Numbered from the stretch's first letter, positions 1 through 8,065 are shown. The stretch is 21,972 nucleotides of DNA from Armatimonadota bacterium (GCA_052386995.1 JBQTJP010000151.1:1-21972), one strand, 5' to 3'. Made by a program: numbers and translations. The notes: generated by a model not told the origin, from the letters alone.

Positions 1-2
1 CC

Positions 3-884
3 CTGGCCGCTCAGCGCGACATTCGGATTACCGGTCCTGCCCAGATTCATCCCGGCCACGTCCTGGCCGACCGCCAGCGTCTCAAGCAGGTGCTCCTCAA
101 CTTCCTCTCCAACGCCGTCAAGTACAACCGCGAGGGCGGCACCGTGACGCTCACCTGCGAAGAGAGGTCGCAGGAGCGCCTCCGCATCAAGGTCCGCGAT
201 ACCGGAGAAGGCATCCCGAAGGACAAGTTGTCGCGGCTGTTCACACCGTTTGAACGACTGGGCGTCGAGCGGACCGGGGTCGACGGCGCGGGCATCGGCC
301 TGGCTCTCTCCAAGCGGCTGGTCGAATTGATGGGCGGCGACATCGGGGTCGAGAGCGAGGTCGGCCGGGGCAGCACCTTCTGGGTCGAGTTTCCTCTCGT
401 GGAGAGCCCGGTTGAACGATACGAGCGAATGCGGCAGGACCTCCCCGCTCCGGCCGCGACCGGCGCGACACACGGCATGATCGATGCGGCCCCGTCGGCG
501 GGGCAGGCCCGCACGGTGCTCTACATCGAGGACAACCTCGCCAACCTCGAGTTGCTCCAGCACATCCTGGCCCACCGGCCGGGAGTCAAACTGCTCTCGG
601 CGATGCAGGGCCGCCTGGGGTTAGACCTGGCCCGCCAACACCGTCCCGACCTCATCCTGCTGGATCTGCACCTTCCCGACATCACCGGCGACGAGATCCT
701 GCGTCGGCTGCGCGAGAACCTCGAGACCAGCCGGATTCCGGTGGTCGTGATCAGCGCAGATGTCACCCACGGCCAGAGCGACCGGCTGTATGCGCTCGGC
801 GCCTGGGCCTATCTTCCGAAGCCGCTCGACGTAAAGAAGCTTGGGATATTCCTGGACGAGATGTTGCAGGAGCGCGTGGGCTGA
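3..884 (+). CDS. Hybrid sensor histidine kinase, C-terminal part (HATPase_c + receiver); 5'-truncated by the window edge
   Basis: Frame is open from position 3 (LAAQRDIRI...ADRQRLKQVLLNFLSNAVKYN = N box; DTGEGI = G1; LFTPF = F box; GAGIGL = G2; GRGSTF). C-terminal REC has YIEDN, DLILLDLHLP, ISA and PKP intact. Confidence 0.93.
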   Translation: MAAQRDIRITGPAQIHPGHVLADRQRLKQVLLNFLSNAVKYNREGGTVTLTCEERSQERLRIKVRDTGEGIPKDKLSRLFTPFERLGVERTGVDGAGIGLALSKRLVELMGGDIGVESEVGRGSTFWVEFPLVESPVERYERMRQDLPAPAATGATHGMIDAAPSAGQARTVLYIEDNLANLELLQHILAHRPGVKLLSAMQGRLGLDLARQHRPDLILLDLHLPDITGDEILRRLRENLETSRIPVVVISADVTHGQSDRLYALGAWAYLPKPLDVKKLGIFLDEMLQERVG

Positions 885-887
885 GCG

Positions 888-1991
888 ATGCAGCAGGATG
901 CGCTTGTAAAGGCTCACATCATGATTGTGGATGATCAGGAGGCCAACGTGCGCCTCCTGGAGCGGATTCTGCAGCAGGCGGGCTTCGACAAGGTCAAGAG
1001 CACGACCGACCCGCGCCTGGCCCTGTCCCTCTTCGCGGGGTTCCAGCCTGATCTCGTCCTGCTGGATCTGCACATGCCCAACGTGGATGGATTCCAGATC
1101 ATGGAGGAACTGCGGCACCGCATCGAGGGAACCTACCTGCCTATCCTCGTTCTCACGGCCGACATCACCCCTGAGGTGAAGCAGCGGGCGCTGGCGGGCG
1201 GGGCCAAGGATTTCCTGACCAAGCCGGTTGACGCCATCGAGGTTGTCCTGCGCATCCGAAACTTGATCGAGACGCGCATGCTTCACCTTCAGCTCCAGGA
1301 TCAGAACGAGGTCCTCGAAGAGAAGGTGCTCGATCGGACAAAAGACTTGGAGCAGGCTCAGATCGAGATCCTCGAGCGCCTGGCGCTGGCGGCAGAATAC
1401 CGCGATGACGACACCGGGCAGCACACCTATCGCGTCGGCAGGACCTCAGGCCGCATTGCCACGGCCCTGGCGTTGCCGGATGCCCAGGTGGACCTCATCC
1501 GGCGGGCCGCTCCCCTGCACGACGTGGGCAAGATCGGCATCCCCGATGCCATTCTGCTCAAGCCCGCCAAGCTGACCCCTGACGAATTCGAGGTGATGAA
1601 GACCCACGCGACGATCGGGGCCAGGATCCTCTCGGGAAGCAAGTTTCCGCTCCTGCAGCTCGCCCGCGAGATCGCCTTCGCCCACCACGAGCGCTGGGAC
1701 GGCGGGGGGTTTCCCGAGGGTCTGGCGGGCGAGGCAATTCCGCTCGAGGCGCGGATCGTCGCCGTCGCGGATGCCTACGACGCGATGACGTCCAACCGTC
1801 CCTATCGGAGAGCGCTCTTAAGGGAAGAAGCCTGGAACATCCTTTGGGATGGGGCGGGCACGCAATGGGATGAGCGCGTGATCGAAGCGTTTGCGTCGTC
1901 ACAGAACATTGGAAAGGAGGGGGTCAATGCTCACGCTGTCGCCAGTGGTGCCAGGTATCGGCGATCGCCAGCCGCGGATCCTCGCCGTTGA
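888..1991 (+). CDS. Response regulator with REC + HD-GYP domains (RpfG-like, putative c-di-GMP phosphodiesterase)
   Basis: REC: IVDD, DLVLLDLHMP, VLTA, TKP. HD-GYP: EYRDDDTGQH, HDVGKIGIP, HHERWDGGGFP, ADAYDAMTSNRPYR. Starts 3 nt after the kinase stop. Confidence 0.93.
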   Translation: MQQDALVKAHIMIVDDQEANVRLLERILQQAGFDKVKSTTDPRLALSLFAGFQPDLVLLDLHMPNVDGFQIMEELRHRIEGTYLPILVLTADITPEVKQRALAGGAKDFLTKPVDAIEVVLRIRNLIETRMLHLQLQDQNEVLEEKVLDRTKDLEQAQIEILERLALAAEYRDDDTGQHTYRVGRTSGRIATALALPDAQVDLIRRAAPLHDVGKIGIPDAILLKPAKLTPDEFEVMKTHATIGARILSGSKFPLLQLAREIAFAHHERWDGGGFPEGLAGEAIPLEARIVAVADAYDAMTSNRPYRRALLREEAWNILWDGAGTQWDERVIEAFASSQNIGKEGVNAHAVASGARYRRSPAADPRR

Positions 1992-3927
1992 CGACCAGCC
2001 TGCCAACCTTCTCCTGGTCAAGCGGGTGCTCGAACCGGCGGGGTTCCATGTCCTGGAAGCGCGGTCTGGGGCCGAAGCCCTGGCGGTCGCTCAGGAGAGC
2101 GTGCCGGATCTCATCCTGCTCGACATGCACCTTCCTGATATGCACGGACTGGAGGTGTTGCGCCGCCTGCGGGAGAGCGCCTGGGGAGCGGGATTGCGGA
2201 CTGTGGCGATGAGCGCGCTGTCCAGCCCCGAGGACCGGGCGCTGTGGATGCAGGCGGGCTGCGTCGGCTCGATCGACAAGCCGATCAACGTCAAGCAGTT
2301 CGTCCTGACGATCTCGCAGTGGCTTCCCGGGGCGGCGGTCAGCGATTCCGAGAAAGCCGACGGGCCCACCGGGGAGGAAAGGGACCCGTCCACGGACAGG
2401 CTCGGGGAGATCCTGGTCGCGAACAACCTCCTCACACTGGAGCAGCTCCAGAACGCGGTCCACGCGCAGTCACAGAGTGGAAGGCGGCTGGGACAGGTCC
2501 TCGTCGATCGCGGGGACGTCAGCGAGGACGATATCGCCTGGGCGTTGAGCAACCAGCTAGGCTACCCCTACGTCTTTCTGACGGGCGACATCATCGACGA
2601 AGACGCCGCGCACCTCCTGCCGGAGGCGTTCCTACGCGAGCATCTGGTGCTTCCGATCCTCAAGTTCGGACAGGAGATGACGCTGGCGATGGCCGATCCC
2701 ACCGACCAGCGCACGGTGGATGAGGTCGCCACCCGGACAAGGCTGCAGGTAAAGCGCGCGCTGGCGCTGGCGTCCAACATTGACGAGATGCTCGACCGCC
2801 TCTTCGCTCCGCGAGATGGGGGCTCAGAGCCGGCCGCTGCCACAGAGGCGCAGTATCTCCAGTTCCACCTCGTTCAGGCGATCCAGCAGGGCGCAACTGA
2901 GATTCATTTCGATCCGGCCCCTGACGGACAGGCTCGGGTGCGCTACCGCGTGCAGGACGTGCTCGTGGATCGCGCCAACCTGCCGGCGGAGCTACATGCC
3001 GCCATCACCGCCCACCTGCGCAGCCTCACGGGTGCAGGTGACGCCCCGGTGCGTACGGCCTCGGTAGGCGTCACGGCCGGGCCGGCCGATCTTCACCTCA
3101 CAGCGACCTTCCTGCCCACCATGGCGGGGCCCGCGGCGACGATCACGCTCTATCCACGACGCGGAGACGTGCCCGATCTCGCCCCGCTTGGCGTACCTGA
3201 AGAGCCGATTCGGCGACTGCGGGACGTGCTGAAGGCTCACCGCGGTGTGGTCATGGTGGGATGCGCAGGGCGGCTGCTGCGGTCCACTCTGCTGCACGCC
3301 CTGATCCCGCCCGTGCAGCGCGGCAAGGTCTGGAGCCTGGAAACGCTGCCGGTGTACCGCCGCCCCACTCTCAATCAGACCGCGATCGGCTCCGGTGCCG
3401 AGGTCGCCGGATATCTCCGGGGTACCGCCTCTGCGGAAGCCGACCTCGTGATGGTCGACGACACGTCTCGCCGGCAGGACCTGGTGGCGGCCTGCGAGAC
3501 CGGGCGGGCCCGGATGGTCCTGGCCGGCCACCCTCAGGATGATGTGGTCGGTCTCTTGAGCCAGCTGCTCGATGCCGCCGGCCCGGCGCTGGTGGCATCC
3601 TGTCTTCGAGGAGTCCTGACCGCAAGGCGCGTCAGGCTCTTGTGTCCGGCGTGCAAGGAGGCATCCACGGCCCGGACCTTCATCCCCCGGGGCTGCGAGG
3701 CGTGCGCGTTCACCGGGTTCAGGGGCGAGCGCGTCCTCGTCCAGACGTGGCTCGCTGATGAGCCTATCCGCATGCTCCTGCGTGCGGCCCAGCTGGGTAC
3801 GGCCTACGAGCGCATCGCTCGGGAGGTAGGCGCGCCGATGCGGGAGCAAGGCCTCTCACTGATTGAAGACGGCCTGTCTTCAAAAGAAGAGGTCATGGCT
3901 GCACTCGAAGGTGTGGCGTGGACATAG
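1927..3927 (+). CDS. REC + MshEN (c-di-GMP-binding) + degenerate PilB/GspE-family ATPase-like fusion protein
   Basis: GGAGG RBS precedes ATG 1927 (preferred over TTG 1891). REC: AVDD, DLILLDMHLP, MSA, DKP. Tandem RLG motifs at 2398-2556; N1 domain LTLAMADP-like 'MTLAMADP'; 'GATEIHFDP...RVRYRV' N2 domain; CPAC/CEAC tetracysteine; Walker A/B degenerate. Confidence 0.88.
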   Translation: MLTLSPVVPGIGDRQPRILAVDDQPANLLLVKRVLEPAGFHVLEARSGAEALAVAQESVPDLILLDMHLPDMHGLEVLRRLRESAWGAGLRTVAMSALSSPEDRALWMQAGCVGSIDKPINVKQFVLTISQWLPGAAVSDSEKADGPTGEERDPSTDRLGEILVANNLLTLEQLQNAVHAQSQSGRRLGQVLVDRGDVSEDDIAWALSNQLGYPYVFLTGDIIDEDAAHLLPEAFLREHLVLPILKFGQEMTLAMADPTDQRTVDEVATRTRLQVKRALALASNIDEMLDRLFAPRDGGSEPAAATEAQYLQFHLVQAIQQGATEIHFDPAPDGQARVRYRVQDVLVDRANLPAELHAAITAHLRSLTGAGDAPVRTASVGVTAGPADLHLTATFLPTMAGPAATITLYPRRGDVPDLAPLGVPEEPIRRLRDVLKAHRGVVMVGCAGRLLRSTLLHALIPPVQRGKVWSLETLPVYRRPTLNQTAIGSGAEVAGYLRGTASAEADLVMVDDTSRRQDLVAACETGRARMVLAGHPQDDVVGLLSQLLDAAGPALVASCLRGVLTARRVRLLCPACKEASTARTFIPRGCEACAFTGFRGERVLVQTWLADEPIRMLLRAAQLGTAYERIAREVGAPMREQGLSLIEDGLSSKEEVMAALEGVAWT

Positions 3928-5015
3928 CCGATCTGCTCATTCTGACCAAAGAACGAGGCGCCTCCGACCTCCACCTCACGGCAGGCTCGCCGCCGACGCT
4001 GCGCATCAACGGCAAAATGGTGCGGCTGGATGGCAACGCCCACACCCGTGAGGAGCTGCACGGCATATTGTACGACGTCCTCACCGACGAGCAGAAGGCG
4101 CGGTTTGAGGCGACGCACGACCTGGACTTCTCGCTGGAACTGGCGAACGTGGGACGCTTCCGAGTGAACGCCTTCGTCCAGCGCCGCGGCGAAGGCATGG
4201 TCATGCGTCTCATACCCTCCAAGACGCTGTCACTCGACGATTTGAGCATGCCGCCGGTGGTCAAGGACCTGGCGATGAAGGACCGGGGCCTCGTGTTGGT
4301 GACGGGGCCGACCGGCTCGGGCAAGTCGACCACGCTGGCCGCGATGGTGGATCACATCAATCGGAGCCGCGAAGACCATATCATCACGATCGAGGATCCG
4401 ATCGAGTTCGTACACGAGGCGAGGAAGTGTAACGTCAACCAGCGCGAGGTCGGGCCGCACACGGAGTCGTTCAGCGCGGCCCTGAGGAGCGCTCTGCGCG
4501 AAGACCCCGACATCATTCTCGTCGGCGAGATGCGCGACCTGGAGACGATCGCCCAGGCGATCACGGCCGCCGAGACCGGTCATTTGGTGCTGTCGACCCT
4601 CCATACGAACAACGCCGCCCAGACGATCAGCCGCGTCGTGGACGTCTTCCCCACCCACCAGCAGGAACAGATCAGAATTCAGCTGGCGGACGCCCTGCTC
4701 GGCGTGGTCGCGCAGACCTTGATCCCCTCGCTGGACGGCAAGGGCCGCGTCGCAGCGGTTGAGGTCATGGTGGCCACACCGGCGATCCGCAACATGATCC
4801 GGGAGAACAAGACCCATCAGCTTCCGTCCGCCATCCAGACCGGCGCCAGGGACGGCATGCAGAGCCTCGACCAGCATCTCAAGACCCTGGTCAAACAGCG
4901 GCGGATCTCGACCGAGGAAGCCCTCAAGCGGGCCGTGGAGCGCGACGCCTTCCTCCAGGAGCGGGCCGGCCCAACGGCGCTGACCGAGCATACCGGCATG
5001 ATCAGCCGGCGCTGA
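3918..5015 (+). CDS. pilT: Type IV pilus retraction ATPase PilT
   Basis: ASDLHL, GRFRVN, Walker A GPTGSGKST, Asp box TIEDPIE, Walker B DPDIILVGEMRD, His box TLHT, AIRNMIRE motif (4782-4805), GMQSLDQ. GTG start overlaps upstream gene by 10 nt. Confidence 0.95.
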   Translation: MDIADLLILTKERGASDLHLTAGSPPTLRINGKMVRLDGNAHTREELHGILYDVLTDEQKARFEATHDLDFSLELANVGRFRVNAFVQRRGEGMVMRLIPSKTLSLDDLSMPPVVKDLAMKDRGLVLVTGPTGSGKSTTLAAMVDHINRSREDHIITIEDPIEFVHEARKCNVNQREVGPHTESFSAALRSALREDPDIILVGEMRDLETIAQAITAAETGHLVLSTLHTNNAAQTISRVVDVFPTHQQEQIRIQLADALLGVVAQTLIPSLDGKGRVAAVEVMVATPAIRNMIRENKTHQLPSAIQTGARDGMQSLDQHLKTLVKQRRISTEEALKRAVERDAFLQERAGPTALTEHTGMISRR

Positions 5016-5016
5016 G

Positions 5017-6084
5017 ATGCACATCGACGACCTCCTCATAAACATGGCCGCACACGACGCGTCGGATCTGTACCTGAAGACCGGCGTGCCGCCGATGCTG
5101 CGCGTCGCCGGCTCGCTTGTCCCTGCCGGGGATTTCCCTCTCACCGACGAGGTCATCACGCAACTCGCCGATCAGGTGATGAATGACCGCCACCGCAGAG
5201 AATTCGAAGAGCGCCGCCGCGCCGACATCGCCTACTCCTCACCAGCCGTGGGACGTTTTCGGGTGAACGTCTACATGCAGCGGGGCTCGCCGGCCGTCGT
5301 GGTCCGGCGGGTGAAGAGCAAGATCCCGTCATTCGAGGACCTGCGCCTGCCTCCGATCGTCGCCCAGCTCGTGCTTGCGCCGCGCGGACTCGTCCTCGTC
5401 ACGGGCCAGACCGGCTCGGGCAAGTCCACATCGCTGGCGGCGATGATCAGCCATCGGTCCCGTGAGCGCTCCGGGCACATCGTCACCATCGAAGACCCGA
5501 TCGAGTTCGTGCATCCCGACGATCAGAGCATTGTGAGCCAGCGGGAGATCGGGACAGACTGCGAGTCCTTCGGGTTGGCTCTGAGGGACGCCCTGCGCCA
5601 GGCGCCGGATGTCATTCTCATCGGAGAAATCCGCGATGAGGAGAGCGCGACGGCCGCCGTCCACTTTGCCGAGACCGGGCATCTGGTCCTGAGCACGCTG
5701 CACTCCAACAATGCCAGTCAGACGCTCGAGCGGCTCCTCCACTTCTTCCCGGCCGAGCGGCTGGTGAACATCGCGCTGCAGCTGTCGCTCAACCTCAACG
5801 GCATCATCTCGCAAAGGCTCGTGCCGCGCAAAGACGGCGCCGGCATGGTGGTCGCGGTCGAGGTCATGCTGGCGACGCCACGGGTACGCGAGCTCTTGCG
5901 CAAGGCCGATCTGGCCGGAATCCGATCCGTCATGCAGTCGCCGGCGGGCATCCAGGAAGGGATGCAGACCTTCGACCACGCGATCTATCAGCTGATCAAG
6001 GCCGACATGGTCGACACCGAGACGGCCATGAGCGCGGCGGATAGTCCCAACGACCTCCGCATGCGGCTGAAGGGCCTGCTGTAG
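5017..6084 (+). CDS. pilU: PilT/PilU-family retraction ATPase, PilU-like
   Basis: ASDLYL, GQTGSGKST, TIEDPIE, ALRQAPDVILIGEIRD, TLHSNN, GMQTFD; no AIRNLIRE motif (RVRELLRK instead); directly follows pilT with a 1-nt gap. Confidence 0.85.
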   Translation: MHIDDLLINMAAHDASDLYLKTGVPPMLRVAGSLVPAGDFPLTDEVITQLADQVMNDRHRREFEERRRADIAYSSPAVGRFRVNVYMQRGSPAVVVRRVKSKIPSFEDLRLPPIVAQLVLAPRGLVLVTGQTGSGKSTSLAAMISHRSRERSGHIVTIEDPIEFVHPDDQSIVSQREIGTDCESFGLALRDALRQAPDVILIGEIRDEESATAAVHFAETGHLVLSTLHSNNASQTLERLLHFFPAERLVNIALQLSLNLNGIISQRLVPRKDGAGMVVAVEVMLATPRVRELLRKADLAGIRSVMQSPAGIQEGMQTFDHAIYQLIKADMVDTETAMSAADSPNDLRMRLKGLL

Positions 6085-6218
6085 AGCCCACCCCCCCGGC
6101 GGCACGGAATGTCTAGAGGCGCGTGCGCGGGGGAACAGCCAGTATGCAAGCGCTCAGACGAGCCCTTGGGCCGGGGTTTTCTGCGTCTGGCGGGGGCCGC
6201 GATGGGGCAGAGCCGGGA

Positions 6219-7325
6219 ATGCACGAAAAGACGTTGAGGGATGCGCGCATCCTCATCATTGATACTGATGAGGCCAACGTACGCCTGTTGCGGGCCATCC
6301 TGAAGCAGGGCGGAGCCGGTTCGAGCCCGAAGAGCACCGGCAACCCACGAGAAGTCTCCTCCTGCTACATCGAATTTCAGCCCGACCTCATCGTGCTCAA
6401 CCTCGGCGTCCCGAATCACAACGGGTTGACGGTCCTCGACGAGCTCAAACCACTCATCCCGGAAGACACCTACCTGCCCATCCTGGCGATTGTCGACGAT
6501 GCCGCGCCGGAGGTAAAAGAGCAAGCCGTGGCGGCCGGAGCCACGGATTTCCTGCGCCCGCCCTTCGACGCGACCGAAGTCCTCGCGCGAATGAGGAATC
6601 TTCTGGAGACCCGCCACCTCCATACGGCCCTGCAGACGCAGGACAGCGTGGTCCAGGCGAAGATCCGCGAGCGTGCGCGCGAGAATGATGAGGCCCAGGT
6701 GCAGATCCTCCAACGCATGGCGGTGATGGCGGAATACCGGGACGATCTGGAGGGAATGCACACGCATCGGGTCGGGGAGATCTCGGCGCTCCTCGCCTGG
6801 GCCCTCGGTCTCCCGGAAGCCGAGGCGGAGTTGATTCGGCGTGCCGCGCCGCTGCACGACGTGGGCAAGATCGCCATCCCGGAGAGAATTCTTCTCAAGC
6901 CAACCGGACTCACGCGGGAAGAGTTCGAGGAGATGAAGACCCATACGATCACCGGCGCGCGGATTCTCTCGGGAAGCCGGATCCCCATTCTGCAGATGGC
7001 TGAGCAGATCGCCCTCAGCCACCACGAGAACTGGGACGGCACCGGTTACCCGCTGCGCCTGAGGGGAAAGAGCATTCCCCTCGTGGGCCGCATCGTCGCG
7101 CTGGCCGACGCCTACGACGCGTTTACTCACGACCGACCCTATCGGAAGGCCCTCGATCCCAAGGAAGCGTGGGAGATCCTGTGGGAGGGCGCCGGCTCCC
7201 AGTGGGACGAGGAAGTGCTCGAGGCCTTTGCCTCGACGGGAATGGGCCGCAGGATAGAGCGGGAGAGAATCGTGGTCGAGCCCGCCATCGCCCGCCGGCC
7301 GCCGGCCCTCCATCTCCGCCGCTGA
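6219..7325 (+). CDS. HD-GYP domain protein with degenerate (pseudo-)receiver domain; paralog of 888..1991
   Basis: ATG 6219 aligns with the paralog's start (MHEKTLRDARILII vs MQQDALVKAHIMIV). HDVGKIAIP, HHENWDGTGYP, ADAYDAFTHDRPYR present. REC phospho-Asp replaced (DLIVLN). Start less certain because there is no strong RBS. Confidence 0.9.
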   Translation: MHEKTLRDARILIIDTDEANVRLLRAILKQGGAGSSPKSTGNPREVSSCYIEFQPDLIVLNLGVPNHNGLTVLDELKPLIPEDTYLPILAIVDDAAPEVKEQAVAAGATDFLRPPFDATEVLARMRNLLETRHLHTALQTQDSVVQAKIRERARENDEAQVQILQRMAVMAEYRDDLEGMHTHRVGEISALLAWALGLPEAEAELIRRAAPLHDVGKIAIPERILLKPTGLTREEFEEMKTHTITGARILSGSRIPILQMAEQIALSHHENWDGTGYPLRLRGKSIPLVGRIVALADAYDAFTHDRPYRKALDPKEAWEILWEGAGSQWDEEVLEAFASTGMGRRIERERIVVEPAIARRPPALHLRR

Positions 7326-7387
7326 TCGTCTCCTCGTTCAAGGCTCGCTCCAGCTGACGCCTGAAACGATCGAGAGGATTTTACCGG

Positions 7388-7429
7388 TTGACGCGCATAC
7401 CGGAATGGTCATACATTGTACATATAATG
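7388..7429 (+). promoter_or_regulatory. Putative sigma70 promoter and autorepression operator of the AbrB-Doc module
   Basis: TTGACG (7388-7393), 18 nt, TACATT (7412-7417); also TATAAT at 7423-7428; imperfect palindrome CATTGTA-CA-TATAATG (7414-7429); AT-rich patch in GC-rich DNA; GGAGG RBS at 7439-7443. Confidence 0.6.
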
Positions 7430-7450
7430 TGATACCGTGGAGGACCGAAC

Positions 7451-7678
7451 ATGATAAAGCGCCTGACGCGCCACGGGAACAGCCTCGCGCTGGTCATCGA
7501 CAAGGGCGTGCTCGACCTGCTGGAGATTGGTGCCGACACCCCTCTCTCGATTACCACTGACGGCAGATGTCTGATCGTCACCCCTGCCCGGGATCCTGCG
7601 CGGCAGAAGCGCTTCCGTGCGGCGCTGGAGGAAGGTAACCGGATGTATGGCAAGATGCTGAAGCGGTTGGCAGATTGA
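7451..7678 (+). CDS. AbrB/MazE/SpoVT-family DNA-binding antitoxin
   Basis: 75 aa, N-terminal KRLTRHGNSLALVIDK matches the swapped-hairpin 'GNSxxxxIP' pattern; GGAGG RBS; directly upstream of a Doc toxin. Confidence 0.88.
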   Translation: MIKRLTRHGNSLALVIDKGVLDLLEIGADTPLSITTDGRCLIVTPARDPARQKRFRAALEEGNRMYGKMLKRLAD

Positions 7679-7681
7679 CAA

Positions 7682-8065
7682 ATGCCTCCGGTCTTCCTGG
7701 GCCTCGAGGAAGTCCTCGAGATCCACGGAGATCAGATTCGCCGCTACGGGGGGAGCGCCGGGGTTCGCGACATAGATCTCTTGGAGTCGGCTCTCGCGAT
7801 GCCGCAGGCTGGTGCGAGCGGTCAGTTCTTTCATGGCGACCTCTTCGAGATGGCGGCAGCCTACCTCTATCACATTGTGAGAAACCACCCTTTCCTCGAT
7901 GGAAACAAGCGGGTGGGTACGATGGCAGCATTCACGTTCTTGAAGCTGAACGACCTCATCCTAGACGCACCTCGTCCCGACTTCGAGAGGATTGTGCTAG
8001 CAGCGGCGGAAGGGAAGACCGACAAGTCTGCGATTGCCGCCTTCCTTCGGAAGCATAGTGCCTGA
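7682..8065 (+). CDS. doc: Death-on-curing (Doc/Fic family) type II toxin
   Basis: 127 aa; 'IH...YGG..GVRD..LLESAL..P' N-terminus and HPFLDGNKRVG motif (Doc-type NKR rather than Fic NGR). Confidence 0.92.
   Translation: MPPVFLGLEEVLEIHGDQIRRYGGSAGVRDIDLLESALAMPQAGASGQFFHGDLFEMAAAYLYHIVRNHPFLDGNKRVGTMAAFTFLKLNDLILDAPRPDFERIVLAAAEGKTDKSAIAAFLRKHSA

Noticed and set aside
6100..6116. Sigma54-like GGCACG element
   Set aside because: The -12 position reads CT rather than GC and the preceding base is not T.
6085..6218. Possible c-di-GMP riboswitch or structured leader before the second HD-GYP gene (CAGACG 6155-6160 pairs with CGTCTG 6184-6189)
   Set aside because: Only a short stem in GC-rich DNA; I could not see the conserved features of class I or II c-di-GMP riboswitches. 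An Rfam/Infernal scan would settle it.
6123..6218. N-terminal extension of the second HD-GYP ORF from GTG 6123
   Set aside because: Gly/Ala-rich, no counterpart in the paralog; ATG 6219 aligns with the paralog start.
7409..8058. Alternative ORFs over the TA module (7409..7888 minus, 7675..8058 plus)
   Set aside because: They overlap the antitoxin and Doc genes, which have clear family motifs.
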